A DNA stretch of 64,000 nucleotides from Guillardia theta CCMP2712 (Eukaryota > Protista > Cryptophyta): NCBI RefSeq assembly GCF_000315625.1, contig NW_005434648.1, forward strand, positions 62,001-126,000. Direction: 5' to 3'. Positions 12,288-24,057 of the stretch are shown piece by piece (the stretch's first letter is position 1; the number at the start of each line of letters is the position of its first letter). The notes under the pieces are model-generated. The model saw only the letters and a list, made by a program, of their open reading frames with translations. It was not told the DNA's origin and ran no database searches. Both the position numbers and the translations under genes were made by a program.

Positions 12288-12652
12288 GTATCGCCATGTT
12301 GACACGAGGAGCCGGAATCGGGAGGATCCTCTGACCCCTCATCCCCACTCCGACATGACCTCTTCCCCCCTCTGACCACCCTCTGACCTCCTCCCTTTGA
12401 AAGTTTGAAAGTTTTGTTTCTTGCCCTGCAGACAGACTGAACATGCGACGAGATGGAGGGGGGGAAGGAGGAGCGAGGAGATGAGCTAGCTAAGGAGGAG
12501 CGAGGAGATGAGCTAGCTAAGGAGGAGCGAGGAGATGAAGGTCATGCTCGAGAAGACTCAGACGGGCACTTTTGAAGAAAGATTATAGTCTTGCATCACA
12601 AACTAACTCATGCTAACAACTCATGCATGTAACCTTTCATTGACTCCTGCTA

Positions 12653-15600
12653 GATGATGGAGGAGGCAAGGATCTGTGTCGCGTTTGCGATGAAGTGAGG
12701 TGAAGTGGATGGCCGAGCCATTTCCTTCTGGTTCGACCATTCGAGGATGGTTGGATGAGGATGAAGAAGGAGATGAAGAGACCGAACAGCATCAAGGCAA
12801 ACCTGAGAGAAGAGACGTCCCTTCATCCCATCGTTCAAAGGATTCAGAAGAGATGGTAGTTGCGCTCTCTTTCATCGTGCGAGAGATTCAGAAGTGTCGG
12901 CAAGACCTTGGACGTACCCTGAGTGGGGCCCAACAAAACATGCGCGAACCTCTGCTTGACAAGAACAAGTTCAAGATCTCCAACAAAGGTCGAGCATCAA
13001 GCAATGACTTCAGCAGTCTGACCTCGCAGTCTCTTTCCCTCTTGTCGGAGTCGGCGAGGCGAGAGGCAGAACTTCGATACCAGCGGGACCAACTAGAATT
13101 GCAGCTGAGGGAGGCGACGACGAAGCTGGAGAAGATGAAAGTCGAACAACAGTTGCTGATCAGAGACTTTGACGCAGCTGTAGAGAACCTCCGTAGGATC
13201 TCTTGCGACTGCTGCGCTCTCTCTCTTCAAGTCGACACAACTTGTCGGGAGCATTCAGAATTAAAGAAGGTGAGGACGAGGGACGAGCAACGAGAGACGC
13301 CATGCGCTGATAACTTGGCAGCAACGTCAAGAAGTCTGCGCTCTCCTAACAAACGCTCCTCAGCAACTCAATGCTTGCAGCCTCAGCTTACAACAAGTCG
13401 TCAAGTCCATTTGGAGTCGCGAGGACGTTGGAATTGAAAGTGGCGAAACCGATAAGACCGGAGCTGGTCGAGACAAGAGCAGGGAGGTCAAGCTGGTCTT
13501 TAAGATGTGGAACTTGACGCGGATCTTTGACAAGAGGATTAAAAGTGTTGGTTACTCAGGCGCCTTGCGAGCTACAAGATCTTTGGTTCGGTCAGTTGTC
13601 TCGTTGTGGGGTGAGCTCGTAGTGATCTCACGCAAGGTAAGCGACAGACCTCACTCAACTGTTTTTCAATTCTTTCAGGTCCGCACGGCGTCTGAGTTGT
13701 GGCTGCAATCAAGGCTGAAGATGAAAAAGGTATTGAAGGCATACAGCGAGTATAGAAGAGCCACAGCCTCCTGCAGGAAGTTGAGAGAAGCGAGCGCCAT
13801 CATCATCTCCTCTCGGCGTCGGAGCGCTCTCTCGCAAGCTTTCTCAGCATGGCGTGTGATCGTTCGCCACACCAGAAGGTCGCAAACTTTGCTTGCTATG
13901 ATGGACTCGCGACAGAGAATTCGAAGAAAACGGCAAGTGTTGGGAGCCATGGCCCTGTCGTGTAATGACAGCCGACGGTCGTTCCTTGTGCTGGAAGATT
14001 GCTTCAGGAAAATTTCAGAAGTTCATCTGCGACAATGCAGCGTCTTGAAGTTGCTGTCGAGGTCAAGGAGGCGAAGGACCTTGTCTTATTGTCTCCTCGG
14101 TTGGATGAGATTGGCGGTGGAGCAGGGAGAGGAGGAGGAGGGAGAGTTGTCTCTCTGTGCCCCCCCCTGCTCATTCATCGACTCTTCTCTCGTTGGAGGT
14201 CTCGAGCTCTCAGCGCACGAGTCGCTTGTCAACAAGTCAAGAAGTGGTTGCTAGCCAGCGCTGCTGCTTCCCTTCCTCCCTCCATCCAACACCTGCAGCC
14301 CCTTTCCACTTCAACTCCTCTGCTTCCTCCTGCGACCCGCGAGTCTTCGTGGAGGCCGACGAGTGGTGGCTGGAGTCTGCTGAGTCGTACGCTGCTACTG
14401 GATCATCAGGCAGAGAGGAGGAGAGAGATGAGACCCGGCCAGTCGCAACGTGACACTGATGCGTGCAGGAGGATGGAAATTCTGACAAAAGTGGCTGAAG
14501 TTGTTGGAGCTAATCGAATGTTCTTCTCGTATATGCCACTGACGGCCTTTGAAAATGTAATCTACGTCACCTTGTCGTCTTATCTGGTTTGAATCATGTT
14601 TCTTGTGTTGTCTTGCAGGCTAGCGTTGCTCACACGTCGTCAACTACGCGCGTCCCGTCAGGCAGAGACTTTCTTCCTGTCAAGAGGTAGGCAGATCTTC
14701 CTTCTTCTCCTTGTTCGCCTTCTTCTTGTTCTCCTCCCCCTTCCGACTCGCTTCTGCCTCAGACTTTTTTTGCACTCTTGGCGCTGGGCGACGACGAAGA
14801 GGAGGAGACTGAGAAACCTGAGAGCCCACTGGTCCAGCAAGCGCAGGATCCTCGTGTTGGATGCGTTTTTCTCGCGTTGGTTCCTTGTATTCAAGGTCTC
14901 CTTCCCCTCTCCCCCACCACCACCACCACCTCCTCCTCCTCCTCCTTCCATGTCTCATGTTGCTTTCTTTCATCAGGCGCAGTCCTTCAGCAGGTCGAAG
15001 GAAACGTTGATGTTGAGGATGACGAGGTGGAGTTCGTCCGTAGCCTTCGAGAGCATGCTGCCGTTGCTACTTCGACCCAAGGAAGGAGGCGAAGACTCGA
15101 CGAGGATCTCCAAGAGGTTCTTCTCCCTCCTCCATCACACCTGCAGGGCCTTCGACGGGTGGGATCAAACTCTCTCCCTCCTCTCCTCATCACACCTCGA
15201 CCTCCTCCAACTGCGTGAGAGGATGGGGAGGACGCGCTCGTTGCAAGCGAGCGGCTGCTGGTTCATGTGGCAAGTAGGGAGGGGAGGGCGAGGGAGCAGG
15301 GACATGGAGCTGCGAGTCCAGGAGAAGAGGAGGCGCTGGGTCTCTCTTTGCCTCCTCGATGAGCGTCTGCAAGGAGGAGGGGGTGGCATGTTGGAGCTCG
15401 CTTCCTTGCCCTCCTCCTCTGCTGATTTCCGCTACCTGGCTCGCGGATTCCGAAAGCTTTCAAGGTTTGCCAGCCTGCGGAGCAAGGAGCGAGCACACCA
15501 TCCTCGACTGCTGGTGAGCGTTTGAAGTTCTGTTTCGCCTCCTTCCTCACATGCGCACAGACGCGCGTCTTGAAGGAGCTGAGGAAGTTGGTCCAGCAAA

Positions 15601-15879
15601 GAAGAGCCGAGGGAGAAGTGAAGAGACGGGTCTTGTCCTGCTCCCTCGCAGCCTCTTGCCTCTTTGCAGCCTTTCTAGATTGGAAAATTGCTTTATGTAC
15701 AAGGTGACTCCTCTCTTACAGCTCTCTTTCCCGTCCTGGAGGTCTGAACATCAGACATCACTTACACCAGGCGCTGCTTCCTCCTCGTCTCTTCGCTCCT
15801 GACCCCTCAGTCTCGCCGTAGCTCCTCCAAGGCCATCAACGCCTCTTTCGCTCTCATCGTCGACCTGGCGACCTGCTGA
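12653..15879 (+). CDS. Sfi1-repeat-like (putative centrin-binding) basic helical protein with an N-terminal coiled coil
   Basis: Coiled coil in ORF 12700-13437, then recurring basic helices ending in F/L-x-x-W: ALSQAFSAWR, SYCLLGWMR, LFLHSWR, DAFFSRWF, RAFDGWD, CWFMWQ, FAAFLDWK. Confidence 0.55.
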
Positions 15880-18050
15880 GTGAGCACACTGAGCAGAGGA
15901 GGACTGAGGAGACGAACGTGTGGTCTTGTCCGAGGCGACTCTGAAACACGTCGAAGGCATGCACCAGATGCTTCTCCATCTGCCTCAAGGGTCGGAGGGA
16001 GAACATCAGTAGAAGCGGCAGGACCTTCAAGAAGTCGCTTCCTTCATGCGCTCGCCTCCTGCCCTTCCCGAAGAACAACCTGCTCATCAACAATTTTAAC
16101 GGACCTCCACCTCCACACCGTTGCAGGACAGCACCTGAACCAAAAGCTTCTCCTCCCTTTCGCTGCTCGTCGTTCTGCTGCACATGAGCAGGAGCAAGAG
16201 GGACAGCTGAGAGCTCGTACCCGCCTCCATCTCTCCTTTGGTCTGGTAGGCCAGGGCAAGGTTCCAATGGACATGAGCCACCTGCAAGAAGGTTCAGATC
16301 GCGGGCTGCAGGAGGGGCGGCAGACTTCAGGGTGGTCGTGACCGAAGTGCTTTGACACCTCGACATCCAGTTAGCTCAGTCGGCAACAAGTGACGTCAGC
16401 ACTACCATGTCGAGAGCTTCCTTGTACCACTTGATGGCTTCGTCGATCTGTCCCAGGCCCTGAGGGGCATCAGCGGGCCGATAAAGTAGAGACATGCTAC
16501 CTTCAGGCTGTTGGCGATGTTGTTCTTCGTCCATGCGACGCTCGGATCGTTCTGTGGTCTATCAAACGGGCTTAGATTTCTTTCACATTAACCTCGCCAA
16601 GGATTTGAAGCTTGTCTCCTAACGCGTACTTGAAGTGCCTCAGAGCCTCCTTGTACTGTCCGCTGTCGCGAAGGTCAAGCCAGGTCGCTTCCTTCCAACC
16701 TTACCGAATGTTGTACACATTTCCCTTGCAGTGCATGATGTTTGCAATATCGATGTCTGGATCCTCCCGTTCCAGCACTTTGAAAACCTCAAGCGCCTGG
16801 GAAACGTTGAGATCTCCATCTCCATCATTCCCTTGCCATATACCATGTTGTATTTCGCCAGGGCCTCCTTCGTGAGTTTGTCTATCTGGTTGTCTTGGAG
16901 CTGAGATACTTTCTGGGTCTTGGTCAGTAAAGATTCAGTCTTGGCATGCCCTCTACCTTCGGAATGTTTTCAGCTTGTAGCTCAAGGGCCTTGTCACACA
17001 CATCTCACTGATTGAATCGATCGCATCTAACTCACCTGGCCAACGTGCATTACGGTCAAGGCCCAGTCTACTCGTTTCCCAGCCCCCCCTAGCTGATGCA
17101 AGGAGTCAATGTCCCTAAAAATGAAGGACGAGTACAAAGAGAAAGTTGCAAGAGACTTCACGTGCTGATAGATGGCGAGTGATTTCTCAAAAGTCTCCAG
17201 AGCCTGCAGATGACCTGGTCAGTAAACAGATGTGAGTGAATTTCATCGCTAACATCATAAGCGCGATCTAAACGAAGCAACGCAACCCCCATGAAGTCGA
17301 TGGTCTTGAGAGTCAAATTAATGCTCGGTATGAATCATATGTGCGCTACCTGTGCAACCAATGGGTGAAGATCGCCAAGAGCTTTCAGTTGTATCTGATA
17401 GTTAGATCATCTAACGCCAAACAATTCAGCCGACAAACTAGTATACCTTCAAGCACTTGTCGTAAAACTATCAACCAGATTTCCCAAATGAATTTCAGCT
17501 TCGAGCGAAAGGCAAAAGACACGATGGACCTGCAGAGCCTCTGCATAACGTCCCTTCCTCATGAACTGAACTGCATTCTCTTGATAGCTCCTGCAGTGAA
17601 GTATGATGTGAGGCTACCTTCAAAGCAACCGCCGATGATGCTTACATCGCATCTGTCAACGCTGCCTCTGCTGTGACCGTCCGCCTTTGCGATACATCAG
17701 TTCAGAAGTGAGCACCAGTTGGGCATACTTGTGGGGGGCGCCCTGTGAATGAGAGTGCAACGCATGGCTAAACTGCTCCATGAATCTGTTGAGTGATGAT
17801 CAGCGGGGGTACTTCAAACTGATTTAGCCCACTCGTTTGATTCATCTATGGAGCCATAGCCTGGCGACTGGATTCAAGTGTCAAAGGAATGCGAGCGAAC
17901 AAGTTGTATACCATCTCCATCTCCATTTCGTAAGGTTGGAAGTCATTTTCTATCTCAATGAAATTCTGGAATTCTGTTCATGGCATCAAACATTGAAGGG
18001 TGAAGCACGCGCATGACCTGGAGGAAGGTCGCCCTGGAGGAACCTTTGAG
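15807..18050 (-). CDS. TPR-repeat protein with kinesin-light-chain-type TPRs, multi-exon
   Basis: Minus-strand exons: IANIMHCKGNVY, GQYKEALRHFKYAL, DPSVAWTKNNIANSLK, GLGQIDEAIKWYKEALD, KHFGHDHPE, VAHVHWNLALAYQTKG, AFDVFQSRLGQDH. 5' end uncertain. Confidence 0.75.
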
Positions 18051-18654
18051 CCTCTAAAGTTGATAAAAAGAGAACCTGAGAAAACGACTACTCAGCCATG
18101 CCCGTGTAGAATTGATTGAGACAACCCAATAATCTCTTGCTCCTTCACTGGCATCTCCATCCCCATCTCCACCACTAACATCATCTTCATCATCATCATC
18201 TCCATCTCCATCTCCATCTCCATCTCCATCTCCACAACTAACATCATCTCCATTGTCATCATTGTCATCATTGTCATCACCACCACCACCACTATCATCA
18301 TCATCATCGCTCTCTTACCAGTATCGATACACCTGCAAATCGCATTTTCGCCCTTGCGACCCTAACCATATGGTTGCCCTCATCCCCGCTCACCAGAGTG
18401 AGACCGATGACTGATGACTAAAACTTCTGGCTCAAAGTTAACTGATATATTTACTTAAAACTCTCTCATTTTGACTCGCGACTTTTCATTTCTGAGAAGG
18501 ATTCGTGGAGGGGGTGGGGGTAGTCTAAGGAGGGGTTCATGGACTGCAATGTTTTGGGAAAAGGTGGGTGAGGTGGTATCAATATCGGGGTCTGCACGAC
18601 GATGAGGAGTGTAAAAACCCAGCAAATGCGACTTGGAGAGGCTGAGGCGCGAGG

Positions 18655-19035
18655 AAAGAGGAAGAGGAAGAGGAAGGGGAAGGGAGACAGACAGGAAGAG
18701 GAAGAGAGGTAGGGAGAGCGAGGGAGACAGACAGGAAGAGGAAGAGAGGTAGGGAGAGCGAGGGAGACAGACAGGAAGAGGAAGATGAAGGTAGGAAGGG
18801 AGCGAGGGAGACAGACAGACAGGAAGAGGAAGGGAGAGCGAGGGAGACAGACAGGAAGAGGAAGATGAAGGTAGGAAGGGAGCGAGGGAGACAGACAGGA
18901 AGAGGAAGAGAGGTAGGGAGAGCGAGGGAGACAGACAGGAAGAGGAAGATGAAGGGAGGAAGGGAGCGAGGGAGACAGACAGACTGGAAGATGAAGGGAG
19001 GAAGGGAGCGAGGGAGACAGACAGGAAGGGGAAGG
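18655..19035. repeat. Degenerate purine-rich minisatellite (core GAGGGAGACAGACAGGAAGAGGAAGA), about 9 units
   Basis: Seen directly, upstream of the SAM-domain gene. Confidence 0.85.
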
Positions 19036-19125
19036 CGAAGTATTGGATAACAAGACTTGAAGGGACAGGGACAGACGGTCAGAGGACCGATGGCCGCTTG
19101 TGGCTGACGAGGAACGTACCACAGG

Positions 19126-20857
19126 ATGGGTGAGCCTAAGAAGGAGACCGTTCAGAAATGGACAAGCCAACAAGTCTCTCAGTGGATCTTTGACAGAGAT
19201 CCCGAGTTCCAAAACATGTTAGTAGATGTGTTGAGTTGTGCTTTCACGGTTCTGATTCAGTTTGTTTGCAATCACAAACTTGATTCCTTTTCTTCGCATG
19301 ATCCCAGTGCCGATGCCTTCAACTATCACAACATCACCGGCGAAATTCTTCTTGAGCTCAAGGAGTCAGATTTCATGAAGATCGTACACGATAGAGTGAG
19401 GTGCAAGGAGTCGTTGAGTCGAGCTGACGTAGTTGGTAGCACGTGACGATGAAGCAAGAGGCCGAGTTTCTGGAGCACCTCTCTAAGCTGCAACGATACT
19501 TCAAGAAACCTAAGACTCGGCAGCGCGCAAGGCGGGGAGTGAGTGAATGCGTCATTGATGGATCGACTGTTGATGACGTGACTCAGGTCCCTTCGCTTCC
19601 GATGCTTCTCGTCAACGCCATCACTTTTCGATTTGCCGACACCAGCGAGGGGAAGGTAACGCCTGCTGCACGTGCTCATGACTGTTACTGACAATGGCGC
19701 AGGATGTGGCTGGGATGAAGGTTGTTGAAAGCCCTTTCTAGTGTCGTCGCTGATCGGAGTGCAACCTCACAGGAGGAGATTGTTTCAGCCCATGGAAGTG
19801 TTGCTATTGTCTCGACCTTGCTGTGGGCGATTGCTTGGGTGCGGGGACTGGAGTCTGTTGACCTGCTTTTGAAATTCTTGGCAGAACATCTTCTATGGTT
19901 CAGCATACTCGGTTTTCTGCAACACAGATGCGAGTAAGCGGCAGAAGCTTCTCGTGCACGTGGTTCATCTCACGTCTCTTAGATCCTCTCTGCTTCAAGT
20001 CGGGCGGTTTCGGCCTCGATGTAGCCTCACTCTCTTTGCTCCCCGCGATTTAGCCTCCCCCTCACGTTGTACTTTGGTAGGGACGAGCTCTGGCAGTTTT
20101 CTACGCGTTTGCTGGGATGTGCTCGGTAGCTCCTGTATCTTGTTTCTTGTCTAAGTTTCCCGGCTGTTCAGATCTGTTTGGTTCTGTCCACGATCTTTGC
20201 CGTAGTTCAGATCATCATGATCTACGAGATGAGCGATGACGTGGAGCTAGAGGAGTTCCTCGATCTGATCGACCAGTAGACGTTGACAGTCGCAGGGCTC
20301 TACTGAGTTCGCTGCAGGGATGTTCAGCTGCCCGGTATGTTCCTCGTCGCTGGGATTCTTCTCATCACTGTCCCCGTCACCAGGTGCTCCTGTCTCTTCT
20401 TCTTTGTGACTCTCCTCAACTTTTTCTCGGTGCACGTGCAGCTACGTGATCATGAACTCCATGGTGAGTGGGCGATTCCAAGTCGCGCAACTCTGACATA
20501 TCCTATCAGTTTGGCGTGTACCAAACAACCAAACTATACAGAGACATCCATGACAACAAGTTGTTGCCGGATGATGTCAAGAACGAATCAAAGTTCTACA
20601 TTGCCATGTCAGTAACCCGCCAATGAGATCCAAGGTTAACCCAGGCTGCCTGCAGGAGCTGGATTACCATCCTTGGCATTGTCTTGCCCTCGTCGTTCAA
20701 TACTCTCATTCTTATCCCGGAGTACGTGGGGAACCTCTACAAGGTGCGTGTCTCTCTCGCTTGCGCTAGTCGCCAACCTCAGCAACAGTCGAAGTTGAAG
20801 TCCGTGGAAGACCTCAAGGACCTCGACAAATCGTTCTTCACTCCGAAACTCGAGTAG
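19126..20857 (+). CDS. SAM (sterile alpha motif) domain membrane protein, multi-exon
   Basis: VQKWTSQQVSQWI..ADAFNYHNITGEILLELKESDF matches the SAM pattern (W..V..W, F..I.G..LL.L..D). Several hydrophobic segments follow (VAIVSTLLWAIAW, ICLVLSTIFAVVQIIMI, MFLVAGILLITVP, WITILGIVLP). Confidence 0.65.
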
Positions 20858-20982
20858 CCGATGGGCTGAGCTACTCTTCCTACTGCGGGGGTGAAGAGAG
20901 CAGGAGCAAGATAGAGTTCGATCTTGGTTGTATGAGAAACTCCCGATTGCATTCCCACACTCCACCTCCACACAGATGGTGA

Positions 20983-23544
20983 TTACTTCGTTTCTAACTC
21001 AGTGGCATACGCGATTGCTCGGTCGCACCACTCCGTTCTCCTGTGCTTTCCCCGGCACTCGCGCAAGATCGACAAGAAGCTCTTTGGTGAGATCTCCGCG
21101 GCTCGGAAGACAGCAGGCAGGACGCCTTCCTGCACCTCCTGGTTGGCATCGTCCAGGTGAACGACGAGACCTCGCACGAGATACTCGAACTGCGTGCTGT
21201 CATAACCGCGAGGAACGGAAGGAAGAAATTCAGCGAAAGCCTTGGCGGCTTCGATTCGGATCCTATCGTTGCTGTCATCCATTCGCTTCAGCAGCTCGAT
21301 GTACATCGTTCGGATCTGTAGAGGGGAGCATGAGGACGAGAGAAAAGTATAACAAGGCTGCACCTGCTCGGTGTCGAGACGGTTCCGGATCATGACGAAG
21401 AGCTCGCTCAGAGCTCCGCAGGTGATGAAGCGAATCTCAGCGTCCTCGTCGTCTAGGCAGGACTTCATGATCGAGTCCAGCTGTCCCGGCTTGAAGCCTT
21501 CCCCCAGCTCCTTCATCACCTGCTCAGCATTGCAGATGCGACGGCTCAGCATGACCCTCAAGCATGACATGCCGCCCTTCCGTAGCGCACACGCCACCTT
21601 GCCAGCCCTCCACACGCACACAGGCAGGACTACCTGTGACAGCATCTCCCCGCCATGTCTGCGCAATGTGTCTAAGAGAGCTTCTTGTTTGAGCAGGTCG
21701 TCGAGAAGGAGGAGGAGGATGGATCGGACGTCCGCATCCTTCTGAGCGTCTGCGCCCACGGCAAAGATGCGGATGCAAGTCGAGAAGCAGGGTGCGAGGC
21801 ATGTCCCTGCCCGCCTGCTCAAAGATTCAAAGATGTACAAGTTGTAGGAGTCTCTCCGCCATTGAGGTGCTTCCTCGAACAAATTATTTACAATGTCCTC
21901 GGTCTCCATGCGGAACAGGAAGTCATCTCCGCCCTGCCCCTCGAGCTCCCCAAGGATACGCGACAACTTGAGAAGTGAGTCGAGGGCACGAGAAGCGATC
22001 GATTCTGATGACTTGAGGCTGTGCAGGCGGAGCAGCGACTTCATGAGTTTCTGGCGGACGGGCGAGCATTGACCTCCGGAGTTGTTGATACACGCCTCGA
22101 GGATGCGATAGACATGCACCTGATAGTCTGCTGTATCCGGCAGGGAGAGCTCTAGCTCCGACACCACAGTGCAGATGCTGCTAACAAACGGGCCAACCTG
22201 CCCTTCCCTGCAGCCTTCCAGCAAGGTACCAAGGACAGCTGCCCAATTCTTCTTGGAGCTTACAGAGATACTCGAGCTCGTCAGATTTGCCTCAACCACA
22301 CCGATGAAAACATCTGCGGGGGTAAACGCTCCAGTCAGCCTTATGCAGGTCAGGATTGTTTGTGCCACACTGTCTTCCTCGTCCATGCAAGAGCGCGAGA
22401 ATGCGGTGAGCAGAGCCTCTGCATGCTTCGTGATACTCCTCTCTGCGTAGATCAACACATTTACGAGAGTGACAGATGCCTTCTGTCTTGCGCCAGCTGT
22501 CCAGTCAGCCAGCTCGCCCAGCAACTGCAGTAGGATCGACTTGAGATGTGTCGTTATGAGCAGGCGAGCGCCCTTGCCTGGACGGCCATGGAACGCCTTG
22601 GGATACAGTGAAAGCACGGCATCATCGAATTCATCCTCCTCTTGCATACAGTCTTTCGCTTCACACTTTCCCTCCAAGGCATTCCCCACCTCCTCCATCA
22701 GGTCGACTGAGAGCTGCTGCACTTGCTCGATCTCATCGGCAGCGCCATGCAACAGAATGGGGAGGATCCCAGGAGCTTCGAGGACGTCCAAGCATTTCAA
22801 CCACACTGCAGCAATCTTGAGCACTTCTTCTCGCAGCTGCTTCGATCTATCGGTATTGAACTTGGCAATATTCGGCAAGACATCCTTGAGAATGGAACAG
22901 TCGTGGGTGACGAGGGAACCAACTGCTTGCAAGCTCGCAACGCGAACTTTCTGCTGCTGGTGCGAGAAATTTTGTTGCAAAGCTTTGTTGATTGTGGGGA
23001 TGTGTTCTTTCATGCCAGGTACCCAACACTGATCACAAATCAGCACAACAGTATCAGCCACTAACTTCTTGGCATCAGGAAACTTGTCTGAACATGACTT
23101 TTCCAAGATCAGTGCAACTTCGGGTATCGCATCTTGTAGCCGATCTTGGCTTAGTTTGATGAGGCTGTTTGTCAGCACCAGCAGCTCTAATCGAACCTCT
23201 TCCGACTCTTCCTGCTGAGGGAAACATCCGATCCTTTCTCGAACATGCTCCAACGTCTCCACCACGTACTTCCCTGCATCCTTCAGCAAGGGAAACAGAG
23301 CATTCAGAATGTTTGCAGAAATTTCACGACACTTTTCAGCTTGATCTTTGAGGCATCTCAGCAGATGAGGGTGCAGCAACTCAAAGTCTTTCCCCAGGGC
23401 TTCGCCAGTCCAACCACTTGAGGAACTCAGGTTTTGTGACTCCTTTAGAATCTTCTCGAGGGCTCGTTTCCTCGTGCTTCTGTCAGGATCAGAAAGACAA
23501 TTCAGGTCGCGCTGGGTGAAAAGGAGGTGATCGGCCGTAGACAT
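20983..23544 (-). CDS. DNAAF5: Dynein axonemal assembly factor 5 (HEATR2), HEAT-repeat protein
   Basis: QRDLNCLSDPDRSTRKRAL, DQAEKCRE, EESEEVRLELL, HQQQKVRVASL, ELADWTAGARQK, WRAGKVACALR, ELLKRMDDSNDRIR, LVVHLDD. One in-frame 48-nt GT-AG intron at 21316-21363. Confidence 0.9.
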   Translation of the reverse strand: MSTADHLLFTQRDLNCLSDPDRSTRKRALEKILKESQNLSSSSGWTGEALGKDFELLHPHLLRCLKDQAEKCREISANILNALFPLLKDAGKYVVETLEHVRERIGCFPQQEESEEVRLELLVLTNSLIKLSQDRLQDAIPEVALILEKSCSDKFPDAKKLVADTVVLICDQCWVPGMKEHIPTINKALQQNFSHQQQKVRVASLQAVGSLVTHDCSILKDVLPNIAKFNTDRSKQLREEVLKIAAVWLKCLDVLEAPGILPILLHGAADEIEQVQQLSVDLMEEVGNALEGKCEAKDCMQEEDEFDDAVLSLYPKAFHGRPGKGARLLITTHLKSILLQLLGELADWTAGARQKASVTLVNVLIYAERSITKHAEALLTAFSRSCMDEEDSVAQTILTCIRLTGAFTPADVFIGVVEANLTSSSISVSSKKNWAAVLGTLLEGCREGQVGPFVSSICTVVSELELSLPDTADYQVHVYRILEACINNSGGQCSPVRQKLMKSLLRLHSLKSSESIASRALDSLLKLSRILGELEGQGGDDFLFRMETEDIVNNLFEEAPQWRRDSYNLYIFESLSRRAGTCLAPCFSTCIRIFAVGADAQKDADVRSILLLLLDDLLKQEALLDTLRRHGGEMLSQVVLPVCVWRAGKVACALRKGGMSCLRVMLSRRICNAEQVMKELGEGFKPGQLDSIMKSCLDDEDAEIRFITCGALSELFVMIRNRLDTEQVQPCYTFLSSSCSPLQIRTMYIELLKRMDDSNDRIRIEAAKAFAEFLPSVPRGYDSTQFEYLVRGLVVHLDDANQEVQEGVLPAVFRAAEISPKSFLSILRECRGKHRRTEWCDRAIAYATELETK

Positions 23545-24057
23545 GTCCGGGTAAAAATATGCTCCTGACGGCCAGCAGTTTGATAGACCCCTTTGACGCA
23601 GCAGCAACCAACTCCCAGCTCAATCTGAAGGGGAAACGTGAGAAAAAATAAAGTTTACGAGCTTAAAAGGTGAACGAAGTGAGAAGGGACTCTACAGAGA
23701 TCCGCGAGGAATGCAACGCAAATACATGAAAAAGAATCCCTTTCTTTTGTGAGATGGAGGAGCGGTCAAAGAAGAGGTGAGAGATGAGGAAGATGAGGAC
23801 GACGATGAGGACGATGGCGATGAGAGGAGCAATGAAGGATCAGGACGAGGGGAGGGAGGGAGGGAGAGGCACGTTGAGCCAGCATGCACATCAGCACGCG
23901 TCACATGGGCTGCATAGCGGGCCACAAGGCGGGCCTGAGGCGGGCCCAACGCACACAAGGGGAACACATCTGGAACATATTAGAAGGATCTCCCAGATCT
24001 GTAACAGATATAGAACACTTGCATAGATCTAGAACAAAAGGGTCTGTGCCGGACGCC

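Noticed and set aside
18092-18307. Poly-Met/Glu ORF
   Set aside because: Compound (CAT)n/(CATCTC)n microsatellite; coding status unsupported.
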